Assembly: GCF_009914755.1 (NCBI RefSeq)
Contig: NC_060929.1
Source: the human T2T-CHM13v2.0 reference genome, Homo sapiens
Length of the DNA stretch: 64,000 nucleotides
Reading direction: 5' to 3' (one strand)
Shown here: in pieces, positions 56,572 through 64,000 of the stretch
Position numbering within the stretch: the first letter of the stretch is position 1
Layout: every line of letters starts with the position of its first letter
Made by a program: the position numbers and the translations under genes
The notes under the pieces: generated by a model
What the model was told of the DNA's origin: nothing
The model's input: only the letters and a program-made list of their open reading frames with translations
Database searches by the model: none

Positions 56572-57596
56572 TTATAATTTGGCATGTTTTTGCAGTGGCT
56601 GGTACTGGTTGTTCCTTCCCATGTTTAGTGCTTCCTTCAGGAGCTCTTGTAAGGCAGGCCTGGTGGTGACAAAACCTCTCAGCATTTGCTTGTCTGTAAA
56701 GGATTTTATTTCTCCCTCACTTATGAAGCTTAGTTTGGCTGGATATGAAATTCTGAGTTCAAAATTCTTTTCTTTAAGAATGTTGAATATTGGCCCCCAT
56801 TCTCTTCTGGCTTGTAGGGTTTCTGCAGAGAGATCTGCTCTTAGTCTGATGGGCTTCCCTTTGTGGGTAACTTGACCTTTCTCTCTGGCTGCCCTTAACA
56901 TTTTTTCCTTCATTTCAACCTTGGTGAATCTGATGATTATGTGTCTTGGGGTTACTCTTCTCAATGAATATCTTTGTGATGTTCTCTGTATTTCCTGAAT
57001 TTGAATGTTGGCCTGCCTTGCTAGGCTGGGGAAGTTCTCCTGGATCATACCCTGCAGAGTGTTTTCCAACTTGGTTCCATTCTCCCCATCACTTTCAGAT
57101 ACACCAATCAAACACAGGTTAGGTCTTTTCACATAGTCCCATACTTCTTGGAGGCTTCATTCATTCCTTTTCATTCTTTTTCTCTAATCTTGTCTTTACA
57201 CTTTATTTCATTAATTTGATCTTCAATCTCTGATATCCTTTTTTCCGCTTGATTGATTTGGCTATTGATACTTGTATATGCTTCACAAAGTTCTCGTGCT
57301 GTGTTTTTCAGCTCCATCAGGTCATTTATGTTCTTCTCTAAAGTGGTTATTCTAGTTAGCAATTCATCTAACATTTTTTCAAGGTTCTTAGCTTCCTTGC
57401 CTTGGGTTAGAACATGCTCCTTTAGCTCAGAGGAGTTTGTTATTACCCACCTTCTGAAGCCTACTTCTGTCAATTTGTCAAACTCATTCTCTGTACAGTT
57501 TTGTTCCCTTGCTGGTGAGGAGTTGTGATCCTTTGGAGGAGAAGAGGTATTCTAGTTTTTGGAATTTTCAGCCTTTTTATGCTGGTTTCTCCCCGT
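56572..57596 (-). pseudogene. Disrupted L1 ORF1
   Basis: KRPNL..IQIQEIQRT..TPRHIIIRFTK..ARREWGPIFNILKEKN..FVTTRPALQELLKEAL; start codon appears mutated to ACG; frameshifted. Confidence 0.92.
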
Positions 57597-58579
57597 CCTC
57601 ATGGATTTATCTCCCTTTGGTGTTTGATGTTGGTGACCTTCAGATGGAGTTTCTGAGTGGATATCCTTTTTGTTGATGTTGATACTATTCCTTCCTGTTT
57701 GTTAGTTTTCCTTCTAACAGTCAGGCCCCTCTGCTGCAGCTCTGCTGGAGTTTGCTGGAGTTCCACTCCAGACCCTGTTTGCCTGGGTATCACCAGTGGA
57801 GGCTACAGAGCAGCAAAGATTGCTGCCTATTCCTTCCTCTGGAAGCTTCATCCCAGAGGGGCACCCACCAGATGCCAGCCAGAGCTTTCCTGTATGAGGT
57901 GTCTGTTGGCCCCTGCTGGGAAGTGTCTCCCAATCTGGAGACATGGGGGTCCGGGACACACTTGAGGAGGCAGTCTGACCATTGGCAGAGCTCAAACATT
58001 GTGCTGGGAGATCTGCTGCTCTCTTCAGAGTCAAGTCTTGTTTGTTTTTAAGATAATATATAGATTAGTAATGCATATCTTGCAACCATTTTAAAGATTT
58101 CAACAGATGATATAGGATCTTTACTTCTTTATTTCAGTTCAATCCAACTCGGGTGACAATTACTGATGCCTCTCAGGCCCAGGGGCTTGCTGGCCCATAC
58201 AGAGGGCTTGTGGCTTTGCAGACTCTGAACCTTGATTCTTTCTGATTTAATCTTTCTACTTCCTTCAATCCAAGGGTCACTTCCTCTTATCAGTTGCACA
58301 AGAGACACCATCCCACTTGCGTGTCCTGGCAACAGCTTGTCAAGGTTCTCTAGGTCCAAAGAAGAATGCCAATTCTGCTTTCCCTTAAATAAATCTCTCT
58401 GGGAAATCTTCCTTTTTAAATAAGTCTCCTGAGTGAATTTGAGGCAAGCTAAGTTAGACAACAGCAATTCGATTCATTTTAACTGGTGTGAGTTCCCTCA
58501 ACCCCATCCACAAAAGAAAATCTTCCTTTAGAAAATTGTCATCTTTAACTAAAAGGACAATAAGAATATCTACATAGAG

Positions 58580-59135
58580 TGTATCCACGCCCAACCACTT
58601 TTCAGCACCTCTACTGACCACCGTCATCCCTTGTCACAGCCACTGAAATCGCTTCCTAATCAGTTCCCTTGCTTCCATTTCCCTGGAATCAATCTCCACA
58701 TAGTAGCTGGAGTGATCTTTTAGAAAGATAAATTCTGTCATCTCACTTTCCTGCTCAGAACCTTCTATTTACATCACCCTCGGAATAAAATCCAAATGTC
58801 TTACTGTGGCCTGGAAGACCCTCCATGAATAGGCCTCGGACCGCCGTATCATTGCCTCCCCTAGCACCTTCCGCCTTCACGCAAAGCTCAGATCCTTAAG
58901 CAAGCTATTTCCTCAGCCCGTCCCCAAGATCTGCAGGGCTGACTCCTTCCTCCTCTGCTCAAATGTCACCGCCTCAGAGAGGCTTTTCCTTTGCCTCACC
59001 ACCTACCATCAGTCCTGCCAGTGGTGGCTGGGGGTCAGGGGCCACGAGTCAGGGAGGGTTATCAGAGACAGATTTTGTAGATCCTTTTATAATCACAAAG
59101 CAGGAGCATAGTATGTGTTTGTTGAATGAAAAAAT
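58580..59135 (+). mobile_element. L2a fragment
   Basis: 'cttcctaatcagttcccttgcttcc..agtgatcttttagaa..gaataaaatccaaa..ctcaaatgtcacc..tcagagaggctt..gtttgttgaatgaa'. Confidence 0.75.
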
Positions 59136-59524
59136 GGATAAACTTAAGCTAAATCTAAGTACAAAGTGGGAAAATATTAATATGTGTAGGTGCAAACTGT
59201 GACCCCCTCTTTATTATTATAACTATGCAATGGCTTTTTAAGCCTTCCACACACATTCAACTTTAACACAGCTACCCTTGTCTTGCCTCTTAGCAGTGAT
59301 TTTCCATAGGGACTTGAGGGAGATGGACACTTCCAAAACAGGCATTTCAGAATTTTCAGGCACCAAGAGATATATAAAGTTGAAGCTGCGCACTCAATAT
59401 ATGTCATTATAATATTTTAATTAATTAATAGTGCCTTTAATATGAATAAAGACTTAGGAAAGCAGATTTCAACACAGTCTTCTGGTACTGTCTATCCCTA
59501 GGGCATTAACATGATCCTCTTCCT

Positions 59525-60313
<789 letters not shown>

Positions 60314-61194
60314 CAGATGACTACACTTTATGAGGGTGATGTTGCTGTTCTAGTCTCTTTCTAATGACAAACGGATCTTAAGTTGCTCAGGTGACTACAT
60401 TTCAGTCCTTTTCTCTCATTGTCTCCACACTATCTTCTCTTCTCATTCCCCTCCCGTCCCGAGCTGTTCTCAGCAACAACTTTACTAATGTTTACCCATG
60501 CCTGTGCAAAAGCCAGCACTCCCAGAAAGTCCTAGCATTCTCCAATTCTCTACAAAAAGGGTCTTGGCTTTTGTTTTCTTTCAGAATATTTATATTTTAA
60601 GCATGGAGAGCTTTAAAAAAAGAATCAGCTACTAAATATTCTTTAAAATGACTATCCCACACCTGTCACCCTGTTTATTCTCAACACCCTATAAATGATA
60701 CTGCTTTAGGCAAGACTGGTTGTGTGAGCATTTAACCAACAAATATCAGCAACTGGGAAGCCCATAAATAGCAGCAGAGAGGACAAACAGGATGACTCAG
60801 TAAGCCCTCTGAGTCAGACTGGCAGAGACTGACCTTCCTTCATAATTATGGGGCATTAAACCCGTCATCTGTGAAGTCACCTCCAAGTCTCATCTCACCA
60901 ATATCATGCATCTAGTTTCCTTTGAAGATGTGCAATCTTCCTCCTTGTAGCTACTAAGAAATTAAAGTGCTTGGGCTGAGAGGGCTCCTGTAAGCTAATA
61001 GTCTATGTCTTCAGCAATTAACCCCTTTCTGAGATCGGCTGGTGTTCATGCTTTTAGCTGGTCCTAGTCCTGGCTTGGGCACCCTCGATTGTGAGTCCTC
61101 AGTCACTTCATCTTACTGAACTTCTTTCATCTATGATGAGATAATAAAACTTGCCTAGCTACAGAGTTGTCATGAAGATTAAAGTCAATTTGGC

Positions 61195-61585
61195 CAACTA
61201 CATGACATTTTGGAAAAGGCAAACTATACAGACAGGAAATAGACCAATGATTGCCAGGGACTCGAGGATGAACAGGTGGAACACATCATATTTTTAGGGC
61301 AGTGAAACTATTCTCTATGATATTCTAATGGTGGATACATGACATTTTACATCTGTCAAGGCCCACAGACTGCACAACACAAAGATGAGCCCTGATGTAA
61401 ACTGTGGACTTCATTTAATAATAATGTATCCATACTGATTGATCAATTGTAACAAATATACCTCAGTAATGCCAGATATTAATAGTAAAAGAAACTGCAG
61501 GGAGAAGAAAGTATAGGTAAGTGGGAATCCTCTTCACTTTCAGGCCAATTTTTATGTAAACCTAAAACCATTCTAAAAATAATTT
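61195..61585 (+). mobile_element. L1MC 3' end
   Basis: 'tgacattttggaaaaggcaaactata..tttttagggcagtgaaactattct..ccctgatgtaaactgtggact..tgtaaacctaaaac'. Confidence 0.8.
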
Positions 61586-62539
61586 TTTGTGACATTACCA
61601 GGCCAAAATGAATTAATTAATTTAATTTAAAAAGTAAAATACAAATAATTTTTTAAATCAGTTTGGATAAGATATGTGAAAGTATTTGACAAACTCTAAA
61701 GAGCTAAATAAACATAAGGCATAATACCCAAATGATCTTAAAGAACTTAATTGTGAAAGTTCGTTTGGGGATCTGACAAGTAGAGCCCCAGGTGATGTCT
61801 TAATTACCTGTCTCCATGCCTTCGAAGTTGGTTGAGATAGAAGGGTGGGTAGGACTTCTATGACCAGTTTGCCTTCACTGCTGACTGAAAAGATTTCTAC
61901 CAAATCCAAATCATGGTACAAATATTCTACCCTTCACACAACTACTACCTCTTTGAAATTGCTCAGGAAAGTTTAATACACATACACACTACCTTTCAGC
62001 ATGTTTCCTTTTGATTCCCTGTGGCTCTCACCCTGTCCAATATTTAGCAGTCATGTTTGATTAAGGTCACATTTTTCAGAGGTGAAAAAGCGATGAGAAG
62101 ATTTCAGGATTAAGTTCAGGATTAAGTTCAGTTAGGTTAGGAAGGAAAATCTTTTCTCCTTGTAAGCCAGAGAATGCCTGACATAGACAAAGCTTCTTAC
62201 AGTGTTTCGTTGTTGGGACTGGGGGGCTGAAAGGGTGGCTCTTGCTGGAGCCTGGAAAGCATTATCTCTGATGCCCACCATATCCGTGTCAGTTAGGGAG
62301 GATAAATTGTAGGGCAAGAGAGAGGACCAGTGGGGTCAAAAATTAGCATAGATCATACAGAAATGACAGACAGGGATTCAAACTCAAGACAGAGGAAGCT
62401 GTTGCTCAGGCCTTGCCAAGTGAGATTAGCTAGCTAATTTCAGCCAACTTATTCTGGGATAGTGGTGGTCAATTGCATTTCCTCTCCTGGATAATGCATG
62501 TACTTTTGACAAGAACCTTCAAAGCTTTTGAAAAAGATC

Positions 62540-62830
62540 TTCAGTGTTCATCACACAATGATCGTTGGAACTCTGTTCTAGGAGCTATTAATAGACTTAA
62601 CTATGAAAAAAGAAGTTCTATGGTCAAATAACTAGGAAATGCTTAACATGATGGAGCCCTTTGTGAACAATTATGACACACATTCGCATGTTGCAGGCTC
62701 TGGGCAGCCTGCAGCTAAGAAAACTATTTAGTTTCGTTTAACTCCAACATGTCCCAGGTTTATGTGCACTTTGAGCACCTTTTACTGTATGCTTAGTAAC
62801 ATTTCCTTGAATACCAGCATAGGAAAAAAT
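62540..62830. mobile_element. hAT/Charlie-type DNA transposon fossil (Charlie4z/MER113-like)
   Basis: 'ttaatagac..gaaaaaagaagttctatggtcaaataac..gcatgttgcaggctctg..ctgcagctaagaaaacta' resembles the recalled consensus. Confidence 0.45.
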
Positions 62831-62850
62831 TGGTTTTAAAAAAGGAAGCA

Positions 62851-63155
62851 GGCTGAACACGGTGGCTCACACCTGTAATCCCAGCACTTTGGGAAGCCAG
62901 GATAGGCAGATCCCTTAAGGTCACGAGTACCAGCCAGCCTGGCCAACATGGTGAAACCCTGTCTCTACTAAAAATACAAAAATTAGCCGGGCGTGGTGGT
63001 GCATGCCTGTAGTCCCAGCTATTTGGGAGGCTAAGGCACAAGAATCACTTGAACCCAGGAGGCGGAGGTTGCAGTGAGCCAAGATCACGCAACTGCACTC
63101 CAGTCTGAGCAACAGAGCGAGATTCCATCTCAAAAAAAAAAAAAAAAAAAAAAAA
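62851..63155 (+). mobile_element. Alu (AluS-type)
   Basis: Alu dimer with poly(A); TSD aaaaa(g)gaagca. Confidence 0.95.
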
Positions 63156-63590
63156 GAAGCAACTAATGGTGGAAGTAAAGCCACCCTGACATGATAACAA
63201 AAGAGTCATTTTGGGGAAATGACCTCATAACAGCAGTTTCCCCACTCATCCAGAGGTGAGTTGGTGTACTCTCCATGTAGTGACAATAAATATATTTATT
63301 AAATAAATAAATCCTGTGTCCATGATTTCCCCACAACTCCATGTTAGATCCTGTTATCATCCATTAGGTATTGAAGTGCTCTCAGCCAAGGAGCACTCGG
63401 GGGTTAGTTCTAGATTCCGAGGTAATACTACCAGAAACTAGAAAACGAGGAGAAACAGGTGTCTGAAAAGAGAATCAGAACAGAGAACAGAATCTGATGC
63501 AAGGAACTGAAGAAAAGCAAGCTGCAAAACTGACATCTCTTGCACTGCCTCCACTCACTATCTGACTATGTAGACAGAAACATCTAGGTT

Positions 63591-63634
63591 TTAGGTTGGT
63601 GCAAAAGTAATTGCGGTTTTTGCCATTAAAAGTA
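63591..63634. mobile_element. Half MADE1 (Hsmar1 mariner MITE), single TIR
   Basis: ttaggttggtgcaaaagtaattgcggtttttgccattaaaagta matches the MADE1 TIR plus spacer; second TIR absent. Confidence 0.9.
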
Positions 63635-64000
63635 TATTTAAGAATTAACATCCCTAATGAAAGGTACTTGAAGTTTAAGCCACTCTAAATACTAATAAGA
63701 TACATAGTGTTTGCACATAGAAGGATAGAAAAGCAGGCAATGAGAAAAACTTCTTTGCTGCATATAACTGTCAGTAAATGTGGAAGCTTAGTGGTTCGGA
63801 ATCTAATAGTTGAGACCAGTTTTCAAAACCACTCCCAATTTCAGGGCGCAGAATGTCTTAGTAACACCCACAAGTTTCATCTAACGAATATGACTAAAGC
63901 CAGAAAGCAGCCCTGAGGTTTTTCCGCAGAGAGTCAGCCCTGCCTGGGTCATACATGCCCCTATGCAAAGTGGGCCCAGCAGCTGTCCCCTCCTGGTGCT

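Larger units (their letters stand above)
52543..58030 (-). mobile_element. Near full-length L1PA (probably L1PA7), 5' UTR truncated
   Basis: 3' UTR 'ggggtacatgtgcagaacgtgc..aacccgtcatctacattagg'; ORF1, ORF2 and partial 5' UTR are collinear. Confidence 0.95.

Noticed and set aside
62103-62131. 12-bp tandem ttcaggattaag x2.4
   Set aside because: Ordinary small slippage duplication

Overview
Primate (human-like) non-coding genomic DNA, intronic or intergenic and dominated by interspersed repeats. I find no credible cellular protein-coding exon, tRNA, rRNA or CRISPR array. Nearly all ORFs in the track are Alu-, L1- or LTR-derived, or look like chance ORFs. The only recognisable protein homologies are the broken ORF1/ORF2 of a ~5.5 kb L1PA (probably L1PA7, minus strand, ~52543-58030) and the MaLR internal ORF remnants of a full-length MST element (~19211-21645). 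The window also holds about 21 Alu copies, many solo LTRs (MLT1, MLT2, THE1/MST, MER4A, LTR16, LTR33, LTR41/50-like), old L1M/L2/MIR fragments and microsatellites. The best non-routine signals are: a candidate insulator/regulatory module at ~50.5-52.5 kb (two co-oriented CTCF motifs bracketing an (AG)13(TG)24(CG)5 tract with a CpG micro-cluster and NRF1 motif); a probable MER121 ancient conserved element with an RFX X-box (~43.9-44.1 kb); an unexplained ~98-bp direct repeat flanking ~900 bp (48.6-49.7 kb); a perfect 3x25-bp triplication inside a MER4A LTR; internally deleted Alus; and a solo Hsmar1/MADE1 TIR. I cannot support a genuinely new biological system from sequence alone. Repeat family names come from my recall of consensus sequences, not a search, and boundaries without TSDs are approximate.
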